From Podarcis melisellensis (taxonomy: Eukaryota), in NCBI GenBank assembly GCA_964234715.1, contig OZ174276.1: DNA of 64,000 nucleotides. One strand, 5' to 3'. The notes beneath the pieces are model-generated. The model made no database searches, was not told the origin of the DNA, and saw only the letters and a list, made by a program, of their open reading frames with translations. Each line of letters begins with the position of its first letter. The first letter of the stretch is position 1. Below, piece by piece: positions 52,028-63,876 of this stretch. The position numbers and the translations under genes were made by a program.

Positions 52028-52699
52028 GCTTAAACTAAATTGCGCTTGCTCTTTAGGCTTTCCGACAGAAGACCTTCACCATTCTACAGGGACTTTAAGC
52101 TGGGAAACAGCATAAGTTTTGCCACTGAGTGAGAACCCTTCCTAATTATAATCTGAGCAGCCTCCCAAAACAGGCCTTCTGTGTGATTCTGCTAGAGGCA
52201 CACTGGCATCAGGATATGACTTTATAACAGGATGTGAGCCTCCAAACGCACACCAAAAACGAACTATGGTTTTGGAGACACTTGTCTGATCTAGAATTGT
52301 GAAGGCGGGGGGGGGGAGGGCTCAGAAACATGGGGAAACCGCCTCTCCCATTTCCCGGATTTTCACATTTCTAGTCTGATCCTAGACAGGTCACCCTTCA
52401 TACTGCCAAGAGTGCCACACGCAGCGTAGCACGCCTGGGGTTATTTTCTTTTGCAAAGCGTCTCCCGCCCTGCCTGGCGGCTGTGTGTTGAGAATCTTCT
52501 ACCGCCCGATCCCAGTTACAAGCAAGGCAATTACTGGCAAGGCCCAGATTAAAGTGTGCACGGTGGCGGGGGGAGGGCACTGCCAGAACCTGATTCTTCC
52601 ACCGACACTGCAACTCATGGGGCAGCCCCCCTTCCTCGCTTATTTTTATTTTTCTAATTTGTATGCCGCTTAGTACCATAGCCTCTCAGCGGTGTACAA

Positions 52700-53750
52700 T
52701 GAGGTGCATGACGAAAACCTGCTGAAATTAACAGCCCGAGCTGGTCCTCGTCTCCCGCAGCTCCCCGTTTCCCGGGTTAAGGAGGGACTCGCGAGACTTG
52801 GCTATACCTGAAGGCATCACCGCAAGGTGAGCGGGGGCGGGGCTCTACACTCAACAGGGATTGGCTGGCTGCCCACAGAGGAGAACCTTCCCGCTCGACC
52901 GTTCTATCACGCGATTGGAACTGAGCGATTGGAAAGAGGCCGCGCACGAACGAGCCCGCCTCTTCACATCTAACGCGGCTGGAACGCCGGCTCCCACAAT
53001 GCACCGCTGCCGCTCCCCCTCCCCCCCTCAAGCCGCCTCTGAGAGAGAGTGCTTGTATCCCATGAGCCACTGCTCTCCCCCTTTGCCGCCGGCGCACCTG
53101 CGCCTTTAAGGGTCGCCTCCTTCCGCCTTGCTTCCCTCCGCTGCCCCACAATTCCGCGCGGCGCGCTCCCCTCCTCCCCTCTCTCCTCGCAGGGCCCCCT
53201 GGAGCCGCAAAATGGCGGACACAATGAGTAGCCTCCGCCGCTGCTGCAACTGCCGCCGCCGCCGCCTCCTCCTCCTGCCGCCCGCAGCTTGACTCGAGCC
53301 CGCCTGAGGGCGCAGTCGACCAGCTTCTCCGCCCCACCAGCGTCCCCTCCCCGCGGCTTCCTCCTCTCCCTCCACCGCCAGGCAAGGCGCTTCCCGCTTT
53401 CCCCGCGCCCTCTTCGGCGCGCAGGCCCCGCCGGCTCCCTCCCTCCCTCCCTCCCTCCTCCTCTCCCGCCGGCGGCGGCATGAAGCTGACGGACAACGTG
53501 CTGCGGAGCTTCCGCGTGGCCAAAGTGTTCCGCGAGAACTCGGACAAGATCAACTGCTTCGACTTCAGCCCCAACGGCGAGACCGTCATCTCCAGCAGCG
53601 ACGACGACTCCATCGTGCTCTACGACTGCCAGGAGGGCAAGTGAGTGTACTGGGAGGGGGCGGGCAGGCCTGGTCAGCCGGGGGAGGGGGAGCAGAGAGA
53701 GCGAGACCCTCTCTGAAGCCGGGAGGAGGCCCTTCAGACCTCTCGCACGT
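52700..53750. promoter_or_regulatory. CpG island promoter of WDR82, probably shared divergently with GLYCTK
   Basis: The only extended CpG-dense, GC-rich stretch in the window. Contains a GC box GGGGCGGGG (52834-52842), three ATTGG/CCAAT boxes (52860, 52914, 52928), ACTCGCGAGA (52787-52796, BANP-like) and YY1-type CAAAATGGCGG (53208-53218). Confidence 0.85.
53480..53640 (+). CDS. WDR82: WD repeat protein 82 (SET1/COMPASS and PNUTS-PP1 subunit), coding exon 1
   Basis: ATG at 53480. [53 protein letters not shown](K) is the WDR82 N-terminus. Donor |gtgagt at 53641. Confidence 0.97.
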
Positions 53751-54120
53751 GAATTCAGTGGAGCGGTGGGGGGGGGGCTTGAAGAGAGAAATTTAGAACA
53801 TTAAAAATAAACCGGTTCTCGGCATCTGAGGATGGGGACCGGTGTGGGTGTGTTGTTGGCAGGACCGGCTGAAGGACAAGAAGCGCCTCGGGGTTGGTGG
53901 GATGCCCCGACTTCCAAGGAGGGAGGAACCGAGGGCATAGCCCCCCCCCCATTTGTATCCCGCCGCCTCTTCACACTGTGAAATCTGTGAGTAGGGCCTG
54001 TCTTATCTTCTAATATTCTTGGGAAAGTGCAAGTGCTCTATAAGGATTGGTGGTGTTTCCTGCCTTAGAGAAAAGCAAGTTGTACATCTTAAAGGAATCA
54101 GCTAAAGCCCCCCCCCCTTT

Positions 54121-54262
54121 GGTTTGTCAGCCTAGATTGCTTAGAGCCTGGTGCTGATAACGCCAAGGTTGATCCTGGTATGTGGCAGCTGCTTATTCCT
54201 GCATTGCAGGGGGTTGGACTAAATGATCCCTATGTCCCTTCCAACACTACAGTTCTATGATT
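54121..54262 (+). mobile_element. SINE with tRNA-Ile-like head and CR1 3' tail
   Basis: ttagagcctggtgctgataacgccaaggtt resembles tRNA-Ile. It is followed by attcctgcattgcagggggttggactaaatgatccct...ttccaacactacagttctatgatt. Confidence 0.75.
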
Positions 54263-55026
54263 GGGTTCCCCTCCCTGCCTATGTTGACACTTGTGCTCCC
54301 TAACCTTTGTATTTATCTATGCAAATAAGCAGTGTGCTTGGTCCTAGGGGTTTAGGAGAAAATCTCTGTGTTGATGGTGACTTCAAGAAGATAGCATTAT
54401 TGTGGGATCTTTAGCACATGGATGTGTTAGGGATGTAGGTATACTGGGGCTGAGTGGAGAAAGGCGTGATGTATAAAAACAGTACCTCAGTTGGAATATG
54501 GTTGTTTCAGCAGAGGAACATGAAGTGAGTCTAATTGTCCCGTCAGCAGCACCAGATATAATGCTGTAGAATAGATAGACTGCTAAGTAGCTGCCCTTTC
54601 ATTTTTATCATTGTGAGAAAATGAAGATGAAATTATACCGGCAATCGGGTCAGGCACGACTCCATTTGTGTTGCCCTACTAAATGATTTGGTGATTATAA
54701 GTATTCTTGCAAATGCAATTTGCTGCTTCTGTTAGTAGGTTTCAATTAAATAAAATGCATTTATAAAGGTTTATGTTCAGTTTTCTTTCCTTCTCACTCA
54801 GTGTCTTGTTAAAGTCGATACAGAAAGCACCTTTCTTTGACCCTCTTCCTTGTTTTTATATGTGAGACCAAAACATTGAGACAATGTGAATGATTACCAA
54901 ATCCTAGTGAATGTGATATTTTCAGCATCACACCTATAACAGAATTTTCTTCAGCTCGCCTACTAAAAGTCTGGTACACTAATAAAGTAGTTCCTACCCC
55001 ACTTCCAAATCTGTGCTTCTGTGGGG

Positions 55027-55350
55027 TAGAGGTGTACCTAGGGGTTGGCGACATTTGCCCTTGCTAGGGGCACAAAATTCACCCATCAGGCAGAATCCTC
55101 CTGTTATACTTGGAGTGCCAGGTCCTGCCTTGCCAGCTGATGGGATCTCAGGAAAGGTTGTTGCTGCTACAGGTGCAGGAGGGGACGGAAAGCGTCCTCA
55201 GAGCAGCTACCAGGCAGAAAACAGTGCAGCTGCCCCATTCAGCCCCAAGGAGACATGTTCCTCCTGTCCAGGCAACCTCACCTGCTGCTCAGATTTGATG
55301 GGGGCGGGGGATACAGCTCAAGAGCACAAGGGACCCTAGGTATGCCTCTG
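55027..55350. mobile_element. Old DNA-transposon relic with terminal inverted repeats
   Basis: agaggtgtacctaggg ... ccctaggtatgcctct; TSD not convincing. Confidence 0.5.
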
Positions 55351-56134
55351 CTAGAGGGTAGATTATAAGGGAGGTTTTTTTCTGCCAGAGGTTGGGGACT
55401 CTGCCAGAGGTTGTCTTCTGTTGACAGCCAACCACCAGTGGTATCGTGGAGGCGGGGCAAAGAGGTTTTCTGCTGTATCTAGCTTGCTTCACTTTGTTGG
55501 GGGATGGGTTGGGTGTTAGACACATTCATTTTGCATATTTAATCCATGTGGTCCCAGCACACAACTTGTGTGTGCTCCTCATGTGCACACACCAGATGTT
55601 GGGAACTGAAGTTGTGCATAGTCTCCACACAGGGAAAGGGATGACATGGGTATGGAAGACCCTAGGCCACATCACATTTGGGTTGTGTGCGAGTGAGAGT
55701 TAGGGGGAAGGGTGCCGGGTGCCAGCTGTCATTTTTTATTTTCACCTTGCAGCTGTGTTATCACATCTTTGGTACTGCTGATACCATTACAAATGTAAAA
55801 TGTTGATTTATGTTGCATTTTTAGGCATTTTGGACTGTGACCTTCCAGTTTTTCTATGTATATCTTTGATCAGTAATGTGCAGCTGTGTTAGGATTGTTT
55901 TCACATTAGCTGCTAGATACCTTGAAGAATCAAGAAGGGAAACAAAATTTCCAATACTTTTAAAGACACATAATAATAAATTATTAAAATTCAGTGAGAC
56001 AGGGTTTTTCAAAATAATTGTATTAATAGTATTTCTGTATAGTATAATTCTGTAATAGTATAATCTGTCATCAGTTCTACTCCATGATTTATACTCTTGT
56101 CTTTTGTAGACAGAGTTCCCATATTTGCAGCTCT

Positions 56135-56372
56135 GCCGTGTGGTGTAGTGGTTAAGAGCAGTAGTCTCATAATCTGGGGGGTTCGTGTCTCCGCTCCTCC
56201 ACATGCAGCTGCTGGGTGACCTTGGGCAGTCACACTTCTTTGAAGTCTCTCAGCCCCACTCACCTCACAGAGTGTTTGTTGTGGGGGAGGAAGGGAAAGG
56301 AGAATGTTAGCCGCTTTGAGACTCCTTAAAGGGAGTGAAAGCCGGGATATCAAATCCAAACTCTACTTCTTC
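56135..56372 (+). mobile_element. tRNA-derived SINE, Squam3-like, with (CTT)n tail
   Basis: A box gtgtggtgtagtggttaagagc, B box gggttcgtgtc, tail ...gatatcaaatccaaactctacttcttc. Family name from memory. Confidence 0.8.
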
Positions 56373-57425
56373 CCCTTTTGAAGAGTCTGCTCTTTTCCAT
56401 GTATTTTAAAGTACTTAACTCCATTAGCTGACCCTATCCGGGCAAAGTTTAGAATATTAGCGGGGGGGGGGCAGTTCCAATTCATTCTACTGCTGAATAG
56501 GAATCATGGTTTCTGTTTTCATTCTGAGAGCATCAAATAATCTTTTGCAGTCAACCTTGAGGATAGTGAAATCTTTGCCAAGAATGAAGCTATCTTTTCT
56601 ATTAAAAAAAAAGTTTCTTCTATTGAAACCCATATTATTTTTGCATCTGTCTGATTTAGGTTTAAAGCAATTTTTTAAATTTCAAAGGAAAATCATTTAC
56701 TTGTTAAATTGGTTGCCCCTAGCAAGAGTGTCCAGAGCTTATGAAATGAGACATCAATGAAAAGCACACTCACATGTAATCAGACTATGTGTTGTTGTGT
56801 AGCTGCAAGCTTTATTTTCTCCTTGTTTAAGGCAGTTCTTAGACCAAATAAATGCCTTTTTAATAATTGACTATCATGAAAGCAGTCCTATGATCTTGCA
56901 TGCTGGCATTGGTGACACATACAGTTTGTTCCCTCCCTTTCCCCAAGGGGAGTGTGTATCAAGCCAAAAAGAGTTCCTTACCTTCTCACTTCTTTGTGGG
57001 CTCAATTTTATGGAACTCCTTTCCAGCTGAGGTCAGACAGCCCCCTTCCCTGTTGAACTACTGAAGACATTTTAATTGAAGTATTTTTATAGTTCCGACC
57101 AATTTTATAGTTCCATCAAAAAATTCCTTTTTGTGTATTATATTTCTTGTACACTGCTTAGAGGTGGTTATAGTTAAGCAGTATATAAATTGTTTAAATA
57201 AATAATAAACAAAAAGGGGATTTTGCCACCTGTTGTTGAATCACAGTTTACATGCTCTTTTTATATTTGTTCTTCTACTCTGTTGATTCTCACTCTGACC
57301 ACAGATAGACGAATTGTAATTAAGTGCCCCACATTCACCTAATGCTTCTGTCAGTTTGAAGAGGACATAACATACCAGAGCGCAATGAATTTTTGAGTGC
57401 TAGATGTTATAGAAGTGGCACAGTA

Positions 57426-57637
57426 TAGTGGTACCTCGGGTTAAGTACTTAATTTGTTCCGGAGGTCCGTTCTTAACCTGAAACTGTTCTTAACCTGAAG
57501 TACCACTTTAGCTAATGGGGCCTCCTGCTGCCATCGTGCCGCCGGAGCATGATTTCTGTTCTCATCCTGAAGCAAAGTTCTTAACCCGAGGTACTATTTC
57601 TGGGTTAGCAGAGTCTGTAACCTGAAGTGTATGTAAC
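57426..57637. mobile_element. Tc1/mariner-type MITE, right end lost
   Basis: Nearly identical to 29775-30016 up to atgtaac. Confidence 0.88.
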
Positions 57638-58003
57638 ACCCTTTCACTTAGCAAGAACATAATTTTCATTCCCCTACCTATGTTACAGTATCAATAAGTT
57701 TGAAAATAAAAAGTATTTGTGTTTATTGCTTAAATACTATAATCTACCGCTATAGGCCATGGTTTAGTGTTACAGGAGCAAATCACAAACCTGGGCTTAT
57801 GCATTCCCAACATTCCTTTTGCTGTGAGAAGGATGAGCTTGAAAGCTTCTGCTTTCAATTTTAAACTAACTACAATTATGTCCAAAGTTGGGACTCCGAT
57901 TAAACTCTCTAGCCATGGTTTATAATTCTTACATGAATCAGTTGAATCAAACCAGAGATCCTGGAGTGCGGACAAGGAGGAATCGTAATTAAAATTAAAA
58001 ATA

Positions 58004-58227
58004 CAGTCATACTTTGGTTGTCGAACACCTTGCAACTTGAATGTTTTGGCTCCCAAACTGCGCAAACCCCGAAGTGAGTTATTTGGAACCCAAACGTCTT
58101 CTGTGGCTTCCAATTGAGTGCGGGAAGTTCCTGCAGCCAATCCAAAGCTGTGTCTTGGTTTTCTAACATTTTCGGACGTCGAATGGACTTCTGGAACGGA
58201 TTCCGTTCGAAAACCAAGGTACGACTG
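58004..58227. mobile_element. Tc1/mariner-type MITE, third family
   Basis: ta|cagtcatactttggttgtcgaac ... gttcgaaaaccaaggtacgactg|ta. Confidence 0.85.
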
Positions 58228-59275
58228 TAGATGCTTCTGACCACCCCTTCCTGGTGTATCCCATGGCTCATTCCTATAATACTAAACTATAGTTTACTGG
58301 TACATTCAAAGTGACTTAGCCTATGAGATGCAGTATCTAGACTGGGTTTTGATGCGGAAGGCCCAAGTTCAAAATTGACTCATCCATAAAGTTCATAAGC
58401 TCCTGGCCAATATATAGTTTTTATGATGAGACAGATAACAAATCTCTTCTTGCAGCAAGCTACAATGATTGCTTTTAAATTTCCTGGGTAAAGATTCAGA
58501 AATACTGGCATGACTCAGTAGCCAAACATGTTTATGACTTCCTCTGAACCTTCCCCTCCCCCATGTTTTCTCCATGTGTTATAGGAGAGGTCTTCTATAT
58601 CGTGCTGAGCTCTGGGCCAGGCAAAATAAGTGCTGACTTGTTGTGCTACTTCTGCCTGGCTATGTGTAAAGTAAAGAGCAAAGTCCTTTTGCGTATGTTA
58701 CAAGATTTGACAGATGTGAGGGAATTTCTTACTGTAGTGGAAGATTAGATCTAGGGCTCGGATTTGGGTTGTGTCTGCACATCATGCTAACCCATGATTT
58801 AACATGATACCAAGGAGCTGAAATAAGGCTTATCCACTGCCACCGCCTCTCCCCTACCTCTGTGTAGCCAGAAGGAAGCTTTTGACTGCATCTGGTTTCA
58901 CTTTTCTCTGAATCTTTGCTTGTTGTGTCATCTGGGCCAGGATTTATTATAAACTCTGAGTGGTTTAACAAACCAGCTTCAGACACCATGGTTTGAAGTG
59001 AGCTTGTTTTGAATCTGACCAGATATTCATTGGAACTGTTTCTAGCCCCACAATCTCTTTATTTAATGGCATACACTAGCGTGTAAAAAAAAAAATCATT
59101 TGTTAGTCACAGTTCATTTTGTGGTAATCAAAGGTGACAGAAACAGTGTCTTAAAATGGCAGTTGTCTTCTTTGAGTGAAGGTGTTCAATTGCTTTTTTA
59201 AAGGTTTTGATATGGCTAAGTGGAGTTCTTGTATGTTGGAACAAGTATAATCGTTCTTGTATTTCTTCCTGGCAG

Positions 59276-59373
59276 ACCTAAGAGAACACTATACAGTAAA
59301 AAGTATGGAGTGGATCTCATCAGATACACGCATGCTGCCAACACTGTGGTGTACAGTTCCAATAAAATAGATG
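59276..59373 (+). CDS. WDR82: WDR82 coding exon 2
   Basis: Acceptor ttcctggcag|, donor |gtaagt. Encodes (K)[32 protein letters not shown]. 98 nt, phases match. Confidence 0.97.
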
Positions 59374-59664
59374 GTAAGTGATCTATTCATTGTCTCTGAT
59401 ATCTACCTGCTTTTTGGCAGGGATAGATAATAAATACTTGAGCAAAAGATTGGGCTTGACTACATTGAGTGGTTTATTCATTCAAGCTTTTAGAAGGTAA
59501 ATGAATATTTTCCTGCTCTTAATGTTTAATCTCTAAATTATTATTTTAAAGAGATACCTTAGTCAATTCTTGACTGAACTTTTAATCAGGGTGAAATGAA
59601 AGCCTGAACCATTGATTTGATGCAAGCTAAACATGTATGCAGGTGTCTCTTAACTTTGCTACTG

Positions 59665-59757
59665 GCTTATGCAATTTTAACCATGTCTACTTAGAGGTAA
59701 GTCCTATTGAGTTCAGTGTGACTTACATCCAGGTATGTGAGGTTACAATTGCAGCCT
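59665..59757. repeat. ~85-90 bp imperfect palindromic interspersed repeat
   Basis: gcaatt..catgtctacttagaggtaagtcctattgagttcagtgtgacttacatccaggtatg..attgcagcc. Relatives at ~1322, 13195, 20795, 31872 and 49327. Confidence 0.7.
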
Positions 59758-60650
59758 TAGAACTTGTCCTCATTTCTTGTTTTCCCCAACCGTAAATGCG
59801 TTATGTTTACTTAGGAATATATATTGGGGTCTGTAAATTCATAAATTCATTCCTAAAAAACATTACAGTTCATTTGACATGACTCTATGTGGTTAACGAT
59901 GTTGATTATCTTTATCAGACTGGGTTCTGTTGGTCACATCAGATGTACATTTTTTAGTATTTGAGCTTGTCTTGAGCAGAAACATGAACCTGAAAGAGAT
60001 TTATGAATATGGGCTTTGATTTTTTCCCCTACTCATTCTATCCTTCCCACTTTTCCTGCTTCTTTTTCAGTCGCATCCATTTCCCCAAACTACTCTCCTC
60101 ACTTCTGTTGTTGTGCTTGCTCTGCAGATTCTGCAGTTCCCACCTTCAGTTGATATTTATTGAATTTATACCCCAATCCTACCAGTGCAACCCTTTCCTC
60201 AACTATTGACATGCTCCTCTCACAACAGCTCTCTCATCTCGAAACCTGGCTTGTTCCATCCATTCAATATCTCTGTTCATACTCTAATACAGATGAGCAG
60301 TTTCTGCTTCTCATCTACCGTTTATCTAGTGGGTTATCATTAATTTCTGACTTTTAACTTGATAATGTTGTCTCCTTAAGTTGACATTTAAGCATTTGAA
60401 CAAACCATGCTTGATTAAAACACTGAACAAGTTTTCTAGCTTGCTTTTCATCCTCTGGAAGTGGTGAGAAATTTATTTCCCCACCCCCCTGTTGGCCAGC
60501 TTCATTCCCTCGCCCACATACCCCTGTGGGCCACCCTCCAATTATTGGCAGTTCCAGTGAGCACCTTTAAAGTCCATTTGTGAGTATGACTTGATTTAAC
60601 ACTGCACCTGCAAATGGACAAAGCTGGGCTCAGTGGGGAACCCCTTAGTG

Positions 60651-60783
60651 CAGGCTTCCTCAACCTTGTCTGTCCAGATGTTTTGCAACTACAATTCCCA
60701 GCATCCCTGATCACTGGTCCTGCTAGCTAGGGATCGTGGGAGTTGTAGGCCAAAAACATCTGGAGGGCCGAGGTTGAAGCCTG
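60651..60783. mobile_element. Short palindromic hAT-type MITE
   Basis: caggcttcctcaacct...aggttgaagcctg; TSD CCTTAGTG at 60643 and 60784. Degraded relatives at ~1577-1705, 33420-33550, 43269-43370 and 47328-47464. Confidence 0.88.
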
Positions 60784-61514
60784 CCTTAGTGCAACTAATT
60801 CTAGTAAAGCTTGATGGTGGTGCTGATTTAAGCTCCCAGTTGTTATTTTGTAGCTGCATCCTTACCTGTCCCACACCTGTCTTCATATATATGCCATCAG
60901 GTGTGGGGTGGGCAGGCATGTTTGAGGAAAGCAGCCTTGCTTGCCATATTGGGTCCTGTGCCCGCAGGGTGGAGGTTTTCCGCCCTTTGTAGGACAAGCT
61001 TCTAAAATTATCCTTTTTAAGCTGTAAGTACAAGGAATTATTTTATACTCATATCTATTTTGGCTCAATGTAGTAACATCTTGAGTAAAATAATAAAACT
61101 TTTGTCAAATTCAGCAGTTATAACCTGAGAGTAAGATGTTAAGATATTTGGTGTCCTTTAAAGAATAGTCAAGTTTATTATCAAGGCATTAATATTCTAA
61201 AAATTATCTGAGAAGAATTGTAGGCATTCATAGAGGGTAATAAAAGTATTATGAATAATATCTTGAGGTTTTTTAATCTAAAGCTTAAAATTCAGAATAT
61301 TTTCAGAACTGGCCAGTCTTTCTGGCCTCTGCATAGAGGTGATACCACAGCAGTAATTAACCACATCCTTCTCTTGCTGGGTGTACAGAATTATGATATG
61401 GCTCCTTAACTTTTCTTTTTAAAAAACAAAATGTGTGTACATTCCTTGATTATGAAACAGTCCTCAGCCATGGTTGGCAGTGTTAAATTATGCAGTGATA
61501 TGGGTTTTCCAGAA

Positions 61515-61745
61515 CCAGCACGGTGCACTGGTTAGAGTGTTGGACTAGGGCCTGAGAAACCAAAGTACAAACCCCACTCTGTCTTAAAGCTCAGTGGGTG
61601 CCCTTAGACTAGTTACTGCCTCTCACTTTAACTTACCTCACAAGTCGATGGGATGATAAAATGGGAGTTCAGGGGAGAACTATATGTACCTTAAGATCCT
61701 TGGAAGAAAGATGGGATATAAACAAATAAATTAAAAATAAATAAT
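61515..61745 (+). mobile_element. Older tRNA-derived SINE (MIR/Squam3-like) with A-rich tail
   Basis: Head ggttagagtgttggactaggg, core acttacctcaca, tail aaataaattaaaaataaataat. Confidence 0.7.
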
Positions 61746-62772
61746 TTCCAAACCCTAAATCAATTGAGTCTGATTTTACATAATTGATTGTTTTAGTAAA
61801 AATAAGAAGTGGGGATTAGGTGAATCATGTTTGGGCTAGTTGAGGCTCATCTGCATAGCACTACCAGGGTTGCATGCGAACTTAGCCATTGAAGCTGTAA
61901 TGTTGTATTCAAGCCAAAGCTTTACTTGAAAATACTTTTCGAGATATAACAGCTTGGCAACATACACTTCCTTACATAGGGCTGTGTCCAATACTAGTCC
62001 TTTTCAGAGTAGACCTGTTGAACTTAATGGACATTACTAACAGGGGAGGAATTCATTGTCGTATGAAGGATGTTGTTCTGCCAGCACTAGCGTTTTCTGC
62101 TTGTCTTATGGAATGAACTCCCCTCTTCTCCCACGACATGCTGTTCTTAGTGTTCTCCCGCCCCCCCCAGAGCAGCTTTGGGTGGGGTCCCATTGCTTTA
62201 GTGGGAGTCATTGTTCTGACTTCTGCCAGTAGTATGGAATAGTTGACACTGACCTAGGTTTAATAATTTCAATTGGTCTACTTTGAGTATTACTAGGCTT
62301 GGCTACAACTCAGGGTTTGAAATTTAAAGGAAAACAAACACACAAAAATATGTTTATATTTATTACATATTCATGCACACTTCTGAGGGATAGTGATCTA
62401 CAAAATGTTAATCACAACTTTGAAACTGCAGAGTTTGACTGTTTTATGTGTAACTAATGAATTTTATGAAATAATGGATTTTTACAAATGGGGGGAAAAC
62501 ATTAGAAATTTTTTCTACCTTGCATCACTGATAAGTGCTTCAAAAGGTATCTATCTTGAATGTCCGAAGCATTTCAAGAACTCATACAGTATGGACATGT
62601 TCTTGGAAGAGGCAGGCAAGTCAAGGTCCTTTCCTGCAGGAGGCTTGCCACAATTTGTGTATTTGAATTAATATTTAGGTGTTTCTGAATTTCTGCTTGA
62701 ACCAGCTCTGCTGATGTACTCCTCTATGAAGAATGTCTCTGTTTTCAAGCCTAATTCTACCTGCCTGATTCC

Positions 62773-62856
62773 AGGCTGAGGTAGTAGTTTGTACAGTTTG
62801 AGGGTCTATGATACCACCCGGTACAGGAGATAACTGTACAGGCCACTGCCTTGCCT
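62773..62856 (+). ncRNA. let-7g: pre-miRNA let-7g, intronic in WDR82 intron 2
   Basis: Mature TGAGGTAGTAGTTTGTACAGTT at 62777-62798 and 3p arm CTGTACAGGCCACTGCCTTGC at 62834-62854. The loop carries TGAT (62809) and GGAG (62826) LIN28 motifs. WDR82 is the known host gene. Confidence 0.99.
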
Positions 62857-63876
62857 GGGACAGAGCTTTATCTGCTAAAACAAGGCGCTTCCTCCCTGCG
62901 TTCGTTTGGTGCCAGGTAACTGTTGCTACTTAAAGACCACCAGTCTCTCTCAAATGTGTGTGTGTTTAAACAATAGATTCAGGAATTTAAAAAACCTGCA
63001 TTGCAGTGTGCATGGTAGAGAGTTGGCTCTTCAGACTAGCATGTCTGTCCTGGGCATTCATTTTTGGCTTGCAAAATTGTTCTTCAAAATGTGGCTACGT
63101 CCCTCTGCATGTTCTTATCAGTTTCACTGGAAAATACTTAAGCACATTATTTTTCATGCGATTAAAAGGCTGCAAAATGTGTGGGTTCTGCATCCTTACT
63201 TTCCACTTGGGAGTTGAAATTCTCATCTTATTTGCTCTCCCACTATAGTTTGTCTTTTGAAGAAGCTGACTTATTTACATCAACATTTATAAATATAACG
63301 TTGAGTAAAGACTGAGAAATAATTTTACAAGATTAGTTTTATCTGCTGTATAACTTAACTGTAACTGGAGTACAAACCAAAAAAGTATGTTGAAAATACT
63401 GATTGAGAAATACTGCAAATATAATGCAAGTGATCAATCTCAATGTTCTATTCGTGTTTATATACATATTTAAGTATTGCTATTTAGTTGTCTTTTACTT
63501 GTTTACTTCTGTTCGTTTCTTTTTATCCAGAAGTAGTTTTCAGAGTTCAGTATCCCAGAATTCTCATTTTAACTGCAGTTGTTGAGCTGAGGTGGTTGGC
63601 ACTTGGATAAGGTTTACATGACTGCTAAATTCTTAACACAGCTAAAAGTTAAACAAACTGCAGGTAGAGAAATGGTTATATTTTTAGACAGAAAGTACTG
63701 TACTATTTTTCTGAGGCTATGCCAGAAGACTGTACTTCATGGCTTCAATTTTAACCCACACAGTAACTGTGTTTCACGAAAAATAACTGTCTCTATTGAA
63801 ATAAACAAACTGTTATTACTGGCCAGGTGATGCAGGGTTGCTGTATAATATTGTTTGCCTTGTTGATTTCTTGTAG

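Noticed and set aside
52777-53613. 278-aa minus-strand ORF across the CpG island
   Set aside because: Antisense shadow of WDR82 exon 1 and its GC-rich leader. Low-complexity G/R/A/E product; stop codons are naturally rare in GC-rich DNA.
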